Origin: Clostridia bacterium
Lineage (GTDB): Bacteria; Bacillota; Clostridia; UMGS1883
Assembly (NCBI GenBank): GCA_051866635.1
Contig: JBJDXJ010000042.1
Location: 1 to 31,746 of the forward strand
Length of the DNA stretch: 31,746 nt
Direction: 5' to 3'
Shown: in pieces, positions 19,306 through 28,317 of the stretch
Position numbering within the stretch: the stretch's first letter is position 1
Layout: each line of letters begins with the position of its first letter
Program-made: the position numbers and the translations under genes
Notes under the pieces: model-generated
What the model saw: only the letters and a program-made list of their open reading frames with translations
What the model was told of the DNA's origin: nothing
Database searches by the model: none

Positions 19306-19908
19306 ATGCGTGACCCATATACCGTGTTAGGTGTCTCAAGGGATGCCACTAACGACGAAATAAAAAAAGCATACAGGAAATTATGCCGTATGTATCACCC
19401 CGATGCTAATATAGATAACCCCAACAAAGCACAGGCAGAGGAAAAGTTCAAAGAAGTAGGCGAAGCATACCATATTATTATGGAAGAGCGAAGCGGCAAA
19501 AAAACCACCTACTCTTCCTATGACTCATCCTCCTCCGATTCAAGGCTCAATGCGGCATCGGCATATATCCAGCGGGGATATTTCCGTGAAGCAATCAATA
19601 CACTAAACTCCATTACTGACAGAAGTGCAATGTGGTATTATTTAAGTGCGATTGCAAACGCAAGGCTTGGCAACAACATTATTGCACGTGAGCACGCAAA
19701 GGAAGCGGCACGTATGGAACCTGACAATCCCAGCTACAAAAATCTTGCTCAGGCACTGGGCGGTGAAGGCACCTTTTATCAGGACTACCGCACACGAGGC
19801 ACTGAGTATGGCAGAGAAATGAATGTTAACATGGACTATTGCCTGCGTTGCTGTGCGGCAAATCTTTTCTTAAATCTTTGTTGCGGTATACGTTGCTTTT
19901 ACTGCTGA
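19306..19908 (+). CDS. J-domain protein with TPR-like region and Cys-rich C-terminus
   Basis: DPYTVLGV...[12 protein letters not shown]...KFKEVGEAY; start at ATG 19306 after SD AAGGAG. Confidence 0.88.
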   Translation: MRDPYTVLGVSRDATNDEIKKAYRKLCRMYHPDANIDNPNKAQAEEKFKEVGEAYHIIMEERSGKKTTYSSYDSSSSDSRLNAASAYIQRGYFREAINTLNSITDRSAMWYYLSAIANARLGNNIIAREHAKEAARMEPDNPSYKNLAQALGGEGTFYQDYRTRGTEYGREMNVNMDYCLRCCAANLFLNLCCGIRCFYC

Positions 19909-19946
19909 TTAATTTCTCATTAAATGTAAATACTTTTTAACAGAAC

Positions 19947-19990
19947 AATCCCCTTAAAACAGATACTTAAATTTCTGTTCTAAGGGGATT
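19947..19990. terminator. bidirectional hairpin between convergent genes
   Basis: AATCCCCTTA-AACAGA...TCTGTT-TAAGGGGATT inverted repeat. Confidence 0.7.
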
Positions 19991-19996
19991 TATAAT

Positions 19997-20743
19997 TTAA
20001 TGCTTTTTAAGCCTTTTAATATTTTCCATCATTTCACGCAATTCCAAAAGTGCCTTATCATGCTTAACAGACTTTAAACGGGGGAAGGACTCAATCATAC
20101 GTATTTGCTGATAGTTAAGTTTTTCACGGAAAAACTCTTTTGCGGTAGCAAAATTAGCAGTAAGCCGCTCCAAGGACTTTTCTCCGGAAAAACGCCTTTT
20201 TGCCAAAGCTTTTTCAAATTCCTTAAGTTTTTTGTTAAAGTCAGACATACCCATAACAGTTATGGTTAAGTCAGTGCCCACCAGAACTATAAGCACAGCT
20301 GTTATTATATGGCACACAAAGTCCGGAATAAGTAATGTGACATTCACAACAAAGGGGTGCAAGAATTTTACAAGCAATACCGAAAAAGTGCCGAATGCCA
20401 CTGCCCCTGCAAGGCATACCCTGCCGTTAAGGTTAAACTTTGAGTCTGAATAGTCCCACCAACGGGCAGAAAACAGCTTTTCCATAACATAGGAGGTTAA
20501 GTATTCAAGTGTACATGTCAGAACCGCACTTGACAGGAAAAGCGATAGGGTATGTTCCACATTGCCAAGTATAAGGATAACAACAATTGCACCTGAGCCA
20601 TATATAGGACAGATCGGACCGTTTAAAAATCCGCGGTTTATCCATTTATGCTCTTTTAAAGAGCAATATGTACTTTCATAAACCCATCCTATGACACTGT
20701 AGAGAATGAACCATAAAAAATATTTTTCAATCGTTAACAACAT
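19997..20743 (-). CDS. putative ABC transporter permease (CmpB/DUF1113-like membrane protein)
   Basis: YSVIGWVYE, NRGFLNGPICPIYG, LEYLTS, RWWDYS, NLNGRVCL. Confidence 0.8.
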   Translation of the reverse strand: MLLTIEKYFLWFILYSVIGWVYESTYCSLKEHKWINRGFLNGPICPIYGSGAIVVILILGNVEHTLSLFLSSAVLTCTLEYLTSYVMEKLFSARWWDYSDSKFNLNGRVCLAGAVAFGTFSVLLVKFLHPFVVNVTLLIPDFVCHIITAVLIVLVGTDLTITVMGMSDFNKKLKEFEKALAKRRFSGEKSLERLTANFATAKEFFREKLNYQQIRMIESFPRLKSVKHDKALLELREMMENIKRLKKH

Positions 20744-20833
20744 ATTTAATCACCTTTTAAGGATTATACTCCAATTTCCCCATAAATTCAATGAATAAAA
20801 TGTAAATTTACAAAATTCTACAATGTATAATTA

Positions 20834-20863
20834 TTGACAATACATGCTTTATACTGATAGAAT
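20834..20863 (+). promoter_or_regulatory. sigma-A promoter
   Basis: TTGACA-18 nt-TAGAAT with extended -10 TG. Confidence 0.6.
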
Positions 20864-20884
20864 ACATATGAGAGGTGTTTATAT

Positions 20885-22342
20885 ATGAAAAAGTTTTTAG
20901 TTATAGTGGTTTGTTTGGCAATGTTACTTTCATCAATGCCTGTTATGGCAGAGCATTTTGATACGGAAGAGACTTTTACTTTTGATATTTATGATGATTT
21001 TTACGTGCCAAATTCAGACGAGGCTGCACTTATGGCAGTTGATGACTCTGTTAAGGATAAGCTTGAAGAAAAGCTTATTGCCGCTTGGGAAAATATGGAC
21101 AGCGAAGTGCAGTTATATCCGGATATTCAAATACATAGAGATGATATTGCGGCGTATTTTGCACAGATTTACTTTGAAAATCCTGAGTATTATTACGTTG
21201 CACGGACTTTTTCCATAACAAAGAACAGTGCGGGTATTGTGGGCAAGATGACCAAACTTTCATATACGACAGATGACAAGAGTGAAATTGAGGCAACATG
21301 GTCAGAAATTGACAAGGCAACAGAGGAAATACTTTTATATATAAACCCCCACATGACAAACTTTGAAAAGGTTATGACGGTGCATGATTACATGGTTATG
21401 AATTATGTGTACGATTTAGAAGATATGGACCAAACATATCTTATATTGCTTGATCGCATAGGTGTTTGTGCAGCTTATGCAGAAGCTTTCCAACATGTGA
21501 TGAATGTTTTGGGGATTGAGTGTACCCTTGTAAAGTCCGAAAAAATGGGACATATATGGAACATGGTAAAGGTTGGGGGATCTTGGTATCATGTTGATGT
21601 CACATGGGATGACCCTATGCCAAACCAGTTTGCTCGTGCAGGACATGGGTATATATTCCTGAGCGAAAATGCCATAGGAACAAAGGAACACACAGACTTT
21701 GATGCACCATATTATGCAGATGAGACAACATATGATGACGCTCCGTGGCACGAATATAACGGCAATATTGTCACTATAGACGGTGTTATGTACTATGTTG
21801 ATGGGAATAATGTTGTTGACGAAAACGGCAATATTATTTACAAAGACCTCGACGGTGGTGACGGAAAATGGAACACATCCGAAACAGCTTATGTAACGGG
21901 TGTTGCGTGGTCAGGCTTGAGTGAAATAAACGGATTACTTTATTTTAATACGGATACCGGCATATATTCCTACGACCCCGAAACAAAAGAAACCGAGTGC
22001 ATATTGGAAGAGTACGGCGTAGGCGGACTTTATGCAGATAAAAACATACTTCGTTACAACACCTACGATTTTGATGCTCAAGTTTTTGTGGAAAAGGGTG
22101 AGTTCAAGGTATGTGATGTTTGCATCAACGGACCGTATTTTGAGGACGAAAAGGCTGTTGTGAGATTATACAATGATTGTGATACTCCTCTTTGGGTGAT
22201 AAGTAAAGGCGACACATATATGGCTGAAAAGGTAACAGAAAAAGGTGTAAATACATTAACATTCCAAAACGGCACAAACCAGACAATATATATCTGGAAA
22301 AATAACCTTGAACCTGTTATAGAAAAGAAGATAGTAAAATAA
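20885..22342 (+). CDS. secreted transglutaminase-like (Cys-His-Asp) domain protein
   Basis: Signal peptide; VHDY, GVCAAYA, GHIWNMV, WYHVDVTWDD; SD GAGGTG. Confidence 0.85.
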   Translation: MKKFLVIVVCLAMLLSSMPVMAEHFDTEETFTFDIYDDFYVPNSDEAALMAVDDSVKDKLEEKLIAAWENMDSEVQLYPDIQIHRDDIAAYFAQIYFENPEYYYVARTFSITKNSAGIVGKMTKLSYTTDDKSEIEATWSEIDKATEEILLYINPHMTNFEKVMTVHDYMVMNYVYDLEDMDQTYLILLDRIGVCAAYAEAFQHVMNVLGIECTLVKSEKMGHIWNMVKVGGSWYHVDVTWDDPMPNQFARAGHGYIFLSENAIGTKEHTDFDAPYYADETTYDDAPWHEYNGNIVTIDGVMYYVDGNNVVDENGNIIYKDLDGGDGKWNTSETAYVTGVAWSGLSEINGLLYFNTDTGIYSYDPETKETECILEEYGVGGLYADKNILRYNTYDFDAQVFVEKGEFKVCDVCINGPYFEDEKAVVRLYNDCDTPLWVISKGDTYMAEKVTEKGVNTLTFQNGTNQTIYIWKNNLEPVIEKKIVK

Positions 22343-22512
22343 AAAACGGGCTGTAAAAAAGTCGGCACTGAGATAACAAAAAGACCATTTCGGGGCTGTC
22401 CCAACAAAACCTTTAGAGGTTTCTTTGGCAAATTGTCTCCCAATTTGCCATAAGGGGGACTGTCCCAAATGGTCTTAACTTATTTATTAGAGGCTTTTTA
22501 TAGCCCATTTTT
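22342..22512. repeat. nested inverted-repeat element (MITE/REP-like)
   Basis: Outer GGGCTGTAAAAA / TTTTTATAGCCC; inner AAGACCATTT / AAATGGTCTT; GGCAAATTG / CAATTTGCC; two GGGG(A)CTGTCCCA motifs. Confidence 0.65.
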
Positions 22513-22527
22513 ATCTGTATTTTTTTA

Positions 22528-24888
22528 TTACTTTTTCATGGGAATTCCCTTTGACTCAAGGTCAGCTATAATGGAATCAACAACCTCCATTACTTCTTCC
22601 TTTGTAAGCGTTCTTTCGCTGTGTGAGAACAAAATTCTTACCGTGATGGACTTACCTGTTTCATCCTGATACGTGTCAAGAACACGTACATCCTTAATAA
22701 TAGGACAATTTGCATCTTCAATAGCTTTTCCTATGGGAGCATACTTGTCAGATACAAAGGAAACGTCAATTTCCATTTCGGGGTAACGTGAAGGCTCAAC
22801 ATAGCTTATTGAATTGTTCTTTTCATCTGCGAACATTTTTACATCAATTTCCGCAAATACAATAGAAGCCTTTTTGTCAATCTTCTTGGAAACTACAGGA
22901 TGAACAACACCCATTGTGCCTATCTTTTTACCGTTTAAGTAAATACCATTAAGGTTTCTGGGATGTTCGTAGGAATGTGAGCTTTCACACTTTTCAAAAT
23001 TGAGAGAAGCGTGTCTTAAATCGTCCGTAACAACAGCCAAGATGTCACGAAGGTAATAGTACAATTCTTCCACAGTTCTTGTTTTGTCAAAAAGTGTTAT
23101 GCAAAGCTTCTTATGTTCATCGCAAAGACCGTCCTCTTTAACACCTTCCACAACTCTTCCCACTTCAAACACACCAAAGGATGGTGCATATGATGTGTTC
23201 ATTTTTACCTGGCAAAGCTGTGTGGGAACAATGGACTTACGTATTGTTTCAATGTTAGGGTTAGTTGCATTAACAAGCTTGATATTATCTTCAACTTCAA
23301 TTCCCAATTCCTTATATTCATCATAATATGCCCATACGTAGCTATGCAATTCATGGAGTGAAAATCTCTTAACCAAAATACCCTTAATTTTGTCCTCCAT
23401 TGTCTTTTCTTCGGCGGCACGAACAGGGTACAAGGGTGCTGTAGCTGTGTGTATATCAAAGTTGTCATATCCGTATATACGTGTTATTTCTTCAATAATG
23501 TCAGCTTTAAGTGTAACGTCCTTTGTGGCACGCCAAGAAGGAACGGAAACAGAGAAGCTATCCCCCTCCAAAGATACTCCAAAGCCCAGGGAAGTAAGGG
23601 TTTTTACGATTGTTTCCTTATCAATTTCAATACCTGTGTATCTGTCAACAAATTTCTTATCAAAGGAAAGGTTAACCTTATCATACCTGAATGCATATTC
23701 ATCCGTAAGTGAAGATACAACCTTTACATTAGAGTCAATGTCTGTCAGAAGCTTTACAAAACGAGCTATTGCAGGCACTGTCATTTCAGGGTCAAGGCAC
23801 TTTTCGTAACGCATTGAAGCATCTGTTCTATGTGAAAGTCTTACTGTGCTCTTACGGATGCTTACAGCGTCAAATGTGGCAGATTCCAATGTAAGACGGT
23901 TTGTGTCCTCCACAATTTCAGAATCCAATCCACCCATTATACCGGCAATTGCAACAGGTGTGTCACCGTTACAAATCATAAGTGTATTTTCATCACATTT
24001 GCGTTCAACGCCGTCAAGAGTTGTGAACACAAAGGGCTTTTCAAAACGCTTAATACGAAGTTTTTCAACACGTCTTGAGTCAAAAGCGTGCATGGGCTGA
24101 CCCATTTCAAGCATCAGATAATTTGTAAGGTCCGCAAGAAGGTTAATGGAACGCATACCGCAGTAGAAAAGACGTATACGCATATTAACAGGGCTTACGT
24201 GCTCTGTAATATTTTCAACCTGCAAGCAGGAATAACGCTGGCAAAGGCTATCTTCGATCTTCATATCAACTTTGGGAAGATTATCATATGCATTAAGGTC
24301 AACACTGTCAAGAGGCTTTAACTCTCTTCCTGTCAGTGCCGCAAATTCACGTGCAATGCCGTAGTGACCCCAGAGGTCAGGGCGGTTTGTAAGACTCTTG
24401 TTGTCAACTTCAAATATAATATCGTCCACCTGGTATGCTTCCTTAATTAAAGTACCGCAGGGAAAATCATCTGTAATTTCCATAATGCCGTCGTTATTAT
24501 CGGAAATACCTATTTCCTTTTCCGAACAGCACATACCGTAGGAGGTGTAGCCCGCCAAAGGTCTCGGTGCAATTGTAATTTCTCCGATTTTTGCACCAAC
24601 GGGAGCAAAAGCAGTCTTCATGCCTACTTTGACATTAGGTGCACCGCAAACAACATCTGTCAGCTTTCCATCACCTGCATCCACCTTCAGAAGGTGGAGT
24701 TTTTTAGATTCGGGATGATTTTCAACCTCTTTGATTTCGGCAACTACAATGCCTTCAATATCACTGCCCTTGAAAAAAATCTCGTTTTCAACTTCTGCAG
24801 TTGAAAGAGAAAACTGGGAAATTAACTTTAATTTATCCAGACCTGTAAAGTCTACAAAATCTGAAATCCAATTCATTGATAAAAACAT
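22528..24888 (-). CDS. pheT: phenylalanine--tRNA ligase beta subunit
   Basis: VVCGAPN, SYGMCCSEKE, TNRPDLWG, GQPMHAFD, DIIEEITRIYGY, C-terminal anticodon-binding domain. Confidence 0.95.
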   Translation of the reverse strand: MFLSMNWISDFVDFTGLDKLKLISQFSLSTAEVENEIFFKGSDIEGIVVAEIKEVENHPESKKLHLLKVDAGDGKLTDVVCGAPNVKVGMKTAFAPVGAKIGEITIAPRPLAGYTSYGMCCSEKEIGISDNNDGIMEITDDFPCGTLIKEAYQVDDIIFEVDNKSLTNRPDLWGHYGIAREFAALTGRELKPLDSVDLNAYDNLPKVDMKIEDSLCQRYSCLQVENITEHVSPVNMRIRLFYCGMRSINLLADLTNYLMLEMGQPMHAFDSRRVEKLRIKRFEKPFVFTTLDGVERKCDENTLMICNGDTPVAIAGIMGGLDSEIVEDTNRLTLESATFDAVSIRKSTVRLSHRTDASMRYEKCLDPEMTVPAIARFVKLLTDIDSNVKVVSSLTDEYAFRYDKVNLSFDKKFVDRYTGIEIDKETIVKTLTSLGFGVSLEGDSFSVSVPSWRATKDVTLKADIIEEITRIYGYDNFDIHTATAPLYPVRAAEEKTMEDKIKGILVKRFSLHELHSYVWAYYDEYKELGIEVEDNIKLVNATNPNIETIRKSIVPTQLCQVKMNTSYAPSFGVFEVGRVVEGVKEDGLCDEHKKLCITLFDKTRTVEELYYYLRDILAVVTDDLRHASLNFEKCESSHSYEHPRNLNGIYLNGKKIGTMGVVHPVVSKKIDKKASIVFAEIDVKMFADEKNNSISYVEPSRYPEMEIDVSFVSDKYAPIGKAIEDANCPIIKDVRVLDTYQDETGKSITVRILFSHSERTLTKEEVMEVVDSIIADLESKGIPMKK

Positions 24889-24936
24889 TCAATAACAATC
24901 CTTTCTTTAAGGTGTAAATATAGATATATCAGGCTT

Positions 24937-25989
24937 TTATTCATCGTCAGTAAACTGACCGAGTGCTTTCAGGCTACCGGAATTCAAATCACGGATATCC
25001 TTAACGCCGTATTTCATCATAGCAAGTCTTGTTAAGCCAAGTCCAAAAGCAAATCCTGTGTATTCATCGGGGTCAATACCGCCTGCCTTTAACACTTCGG
25101 GATGAATCATACCGCAGGGGCAAAGCTCAAGCCAGCCGCTGTGCTTACATGAAGGGCATCCGTCACCGCCGCATATAAGACAGTTTATGTCAAGCTCAAA
25201 GCCTGGTTCCACAAAGGGGAAGAAACCGGGACGAAGACGAACCTTAATATCCTTTCGGAACACTTCGCTAAGCATAGTTTTCATGAAGTATATAAGGTTT
25301 GATATAGATATGTTCTTGTCAACCATTACACCCTCCATCTGGAAGAAAGTGTTTTCATGGCATGCATCTGTTGCTTCATTTCTGAAACATCTGCCGGGGA
25401 AAATCGCCTTAATGGGAACACCGTAATTAATAAGGTCATCTTTATATTTTTTGTAAATTGCGTTCTGTGCCGCAGAAGTCTGGCTCTTTAAAAGCTGACC
25501 ATTTTCAAGATAATAAGTATCCTGCATATCTCTTGCAGGGTGATGCTTAGGTATATTCAAAGACTCAAAACATTCATAGTCTGTTACAACTTCGCTGTAA
25601 TCCTCAACCGTAAAGCCCATGGATTTAAAAATCTTTTCACATTGACGCTGAACCAACGTAATGGGATGAAAACTGCCTCGTTCAAGATTAGCAGGGGTGG
25701 AAATATCAAATTCTGGCATACTGTTGATTTCTTTTTCAATTTCCGCCTTTTTAATTTCTTCAATTTTTTCGCTTATAAGTTTGCCTGCTTCCTCCTTAAA
25801 AACGTTTACTTCCTGACCGAAAGTTTTCTTCTCCTCAATGGAAAGGTCCTTCATACCCTTTAAAAGACCTGTAATAGATCCGTTTTTGCCTAAGTATTCA
25901 ACCCTTAACATTTCAACTGCCTGTGCGTTGTCTGCCCCGTTTAACTTCGAAGAAAATTCTTCGCGTAATGCCTTTACCTTTTCTGACAT
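24937..25989 (-). CDS. pheS: phenylalanine--tRNA ligase alpha subunit
   Basis: HPARDMQDT, GRCFRNE, FFQMEG, RPGFFPFVEP, GFAFGLG; true start MSEK after SD GAAAGGA (the ORF-track extension lies in the T-box). Confidence 0.95.
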   Translation of the reverse strand: MSEKVKALREEFSSKLNGADNAQAVEMLRVEYLGKNGSITGLLKGMKDLSIEEKKTFGQEVNVFKEEAGKLISEKIEEIKKAEIEKEINSMPEFDISTPANLERGSFHPITLVQRQCEKIFKSMGFTVEDYSEVVTDYECFESLNIPKHHPARDMQDTYYLENGQLLKSQTSAAQNAIYKKYKDDLINYGVPIKAIFPGRCFRNEATDACHENTFFQMEGVMVDKNISISNLIYFMKTMLSEVFRKDIKVRLRPGFFPFVEPGFELDINCLICGGDGCPSCKHSGWLELCPCGMIHPEVLKAGGIDPDEYTGFAFGLGLTRLAMMKYGVKDIRDLNSGSLKALGQFTDDE

Positions 25990-26009
25990 ATTAACATTCC
26001 TTTCTCTTA

Positions 26010-26245
26010 ATAATATGAAAAATGAAAACTCGCCCCTAAAAAGGGACGAGCATAACCCGCGGTACCACCCTGATTCAGATATAATCTGCACTCAACTGCG
26101 TTTTGACGTGACGCTACACCTTAGTTACCCAAGACGCTCCAATGCTGAAATTCATCTGTAAAATCATAATGAACGCTTACAGCCCATGACGCTCAATCTC
26201 TTTTACGACCCTTTACAAACTACTTACACATTTTCACTGCGTGCT
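26010..26245 (-). ncRNA. T-box leader (Phe) with terminator
   Basis: AGTA, AGAGA, GGGCTGTAAG stem I motifs; GAATTTCA specifier region (UUC/UUU Phe); T-box AATCAGGGTGGTACCGCG; terminator CTCGTCCCT...AGGGGCGAG-TTTT. Confidence 0.92.
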
Positions 26246-26251
26246 TCGATA

Positions 26252-26280
26252 ATTATACCCCTATAAATGGCTAAAGTCAA
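26252..26280 (-). promoter_or_regulatory. sigma-A promoter of T-box/pheST
   Basis: TTGACT-17 nt-TATAAT. Confidence 0.8.
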
Positions 26281-26314
26281 GAGTTTTTGCATATAAATAA
26301 CACGAGGTGATTAC

Positions 26315-26770
26315 ATGTGGAATAAAATAAAAACCTACTTTTACTTTATAGCACTTTCTTTAGGCGTAGGTGCTTTATCGGCATTATTTACTATGGGCAA
26401 TATGGATATTTACGATGATATCATAACCCCTCCCTTAAGTCCACCATCCTTCCTCTTTCCTATTGTATGGACAGTTTTATATATACTGATGGGGATAAGC
26501 GGTGCAATAATTTACAAGGAGGATAAAAAAAAGTTAGATGTGTTTTATACTCAACTGGCGGTAAATTTTGCATGGAGCATACTTTTCTTTAATCTCAGGA
26601 TGTTTTTGCTAAGTTCCCTTTGGCTCCTTTGGCTTATAGTTCTTGTCATAAAAATGATACGCCAATTTAAAAAGGTTGATACCATAGCCGCATATCTCCA
26701 ATACCCCTATCTCATCTGGCTTATTTTTGCACTTTATCTTAACGCGGCAATTTATATTCTCAATAAATAG
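26315..26770 (+). CDS. tspO: TspO/MBR family tryptophan-rich sensory protein
   Basis: PPLSPPSFLFPIVWTVLYILMG, QLAVNFAWSILFF, PYLIWLIFALYLN. Confidence 0.9.
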   Translation: MWNKIKTYFYFIALSLGVGALSALFTMGNMDIYDDIITPPLSPPSFLFPIVWTVLYILMGISGAIIYKEDKKKLDVFYTQLAVNFAWSILFFNLRMFLLSSLWLLWLIVLVIKMIRQFKKVDTIAAYLQYPYLIWLIFALYLNAAIYILNK

Positions 26771-26783
26771 GATAAAACTTATT

Positions 26784-26831
26784 TTTCACATTATAGTAAA
26801 TAAGAATTTTCCTATAATGTGAAATTTTTTT
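26784..26831 (+). terminator. terminator after tspO
   Basis: Perfect 13-bp stem TTTCACATTATAG / CTATAATGTGAAA followed by T7. Confidence 0.7.
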
Positions 26832-26841
26832 CAAAAACCCC

Positions 26842-26893
26842 TTGACTTAATCTTAAAGTAGCGTTATAATACTACCAACCTACCTATTAGGTA
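26842..26893 (+). promoter_or_regulatory. sigma-A promoter of metY-cysK-Rrf2 with downstream palindromic operator
   Basis: TTGACT-17 nt-TATAAT (26842-26870); TACCTA-T-TAGGTA palindrome at 26881-26893. Confidence 0.75.
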
Positions 26894-26916
26894 TGTAAAA
26901 CTAAGGGGGTAAAAAC

Positions 26917-26979
26917 ATGGTAAACTATTTTGAACAGTTGGTCCGTGCAAATTTTCGTTTCGGTCGAATGTGTAAGTAA
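26917..26979 (+). CDS. putative 20-aa leader peptide MVNYFEQLVRANFRFGRMCK
   Basis: Strong SD AAGGGGGT 6 nt before the ATG; lies between the promoter and metY. Confidence 0.6.
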   Translation: MVNYFEQLVRANFRFGRMCK

Positions 26980-27025
26980 ATTTTTTAATTAATCTTACTT
27001 ATTACAAATCGAAAGGAAGTTTATT

Positions 27026-28312
27026 ATGTCCGAATATAAATTTGAAACATTACAGCTCCACGTAGGCCAGGAAAGCCCCGATATTGCAACAGGTGCAAGG
27101 GCGGTCCCCATTTACCAGACAACATCTTACGTTTTTAATGACTGTGCCCATGCAAAGGCAAGGTTCAATCTTGAAGATGCAGGCAACATTTACGGCAGAC
27201 TTACAAATTCCACACAGGACGTTTTCGAAAAACGCATAGCCGCATTGGAGGGCGGCGTGGCAGCCCTTGCAGTTGCGTCAGGTGCCGCCGCAATCTCATA
27301 TACCCTCCAGGCATTAGGTCAGAATTCAGGTCACATTGTGGCACAAAAAACAATTTACGGCGGCAGTTACAATCTTCTGGCAAACACTCTTCCCGCTTTT
27401 GGCATTACAACAACATTCGTAGATATTCACAACAAAGACGAAGTTGAAAAAGCAATACAAGACAACACCCGTGCAATTTATATTGAAACACTGGGAAATC
27501 CCAATAGCGATATTCCCGATATAGATTTTTTAAGCACTCTTGCACACAGATATAACATTCCTCTTGTGGTGGATAACACCTTCGGCACTCCCTATTTTAT
27601 CCGCCCCATTGAACACGGTGCTGATATTGTAGTACATTCGGCAACAAAATTCATTGGTGGTCACGGCACTACATTAGGCGGTGTCATTGTGGACTCGGGT
27701 AATTTTAACTGGGCAAGCTCAGACAAATACCCTGCCATTTCTCAGCCAAACCCCAGCTACCACGGTGTGTCATTTACCGCAGCCGCAGGACGTGCCGCAT
27801 TTGTAACATATATCCGTGCAATACTCCTTCGTGACACAGGGGCAACGCTTTCACCACTTGCGGCGTTTCTTCTTTTGCAAGGTACCGAAACCTTGTCATT
27901 AAGGCTGGAAAGGCATGCGGAAAACACAAAAAAGGTAATTGACTACCTTGAAAATCATCCGCTTGTTGAAAAAATAAACCATCCTTCAATTAAAGACCAT
28001 CCCCAGCACGAATTGTATAATCGTCTTTTCCCAAAGGGTGGCGGTTCAATCTTCACCTTTGAAATAAAGGGCGGCGAAAAGGAAGCACATAAGTTTATCG
28101 ACAACCTTAAGCTGTTTTCTCTTCTTGCCAACGTTGCCGATGTGAAGAGTCTTGTTATCCATCCGGCTACAACAACTCATAGCCAGCTTTCTGAAGATGA
28201 GCTTCTTGATTTGGATATTAAACCAAACACAATCCGCCTGTCAATCGGCACTGAACATATTGATGATATTATTGCTGATTTGGAAAAAGGCTTTAACGCA
28301 GTGAAGGAGTGA
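27026..28312 (+). CDS. metY: O-acetylhomoserine aminocarboxypropyltransferase (sulfhydrylase)
   Basis: RAVPIYQTTSY, IYGRLTN, VVHSATKFIGGHG (PLP Lys), LANVADVKSLVIHPATTTHSQL. Confidence 0.93.
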   Translation: MSEYKFETLQLHVGQESPDIATGARAVPIYQTTSYVFNDCAHAKARFNLEDAGNIYGRLTNSTQDVFEKRIAALEGGVAALAVASGAAAISYTLQALGQNSGHIVAQKTIYGGSYNLLANTLPAFGITTTFVDIHNKDEVEKAIQDNTRAIYIETLGNPNSDIPDIDFLSTLAHRYNIPLVVDNTFGTPYFIRPIEHGADIVVHSATKFIGGHGTTLGGVIVDSGNFNWASSDKYPAISQPNPSYHGVSFTAAAGRAAFVTYIRAILLRDTGATLSPLAAFLLLQGTETLSLRLERHAENTKKVIDYLENHPLVEKINHPSIKDHPQHELYNRLFPKGGGSIFTFEIKGGEKEAHKFIDNLKLFSLLANVADVKSLVIHPATTTHSQLSEDELLDLDIKPNTIRLSIGTEHIDDIIADLEKGFNAVKE

Positions 28313-28317
28313 TTTAA

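Noticed and set aside
22078-22669. ORFs 22078..22443, 22256..22468 and 22469..22669
   Set aside because: They overlap real genes antisense or run through the palindromic element; no coding signals
25990-26091. 34-aa N-terminal extension of PheS in the ORF track
   Set aside because: Lies within the T-box antiterminator/terminator; the SD supports ATG at 25989
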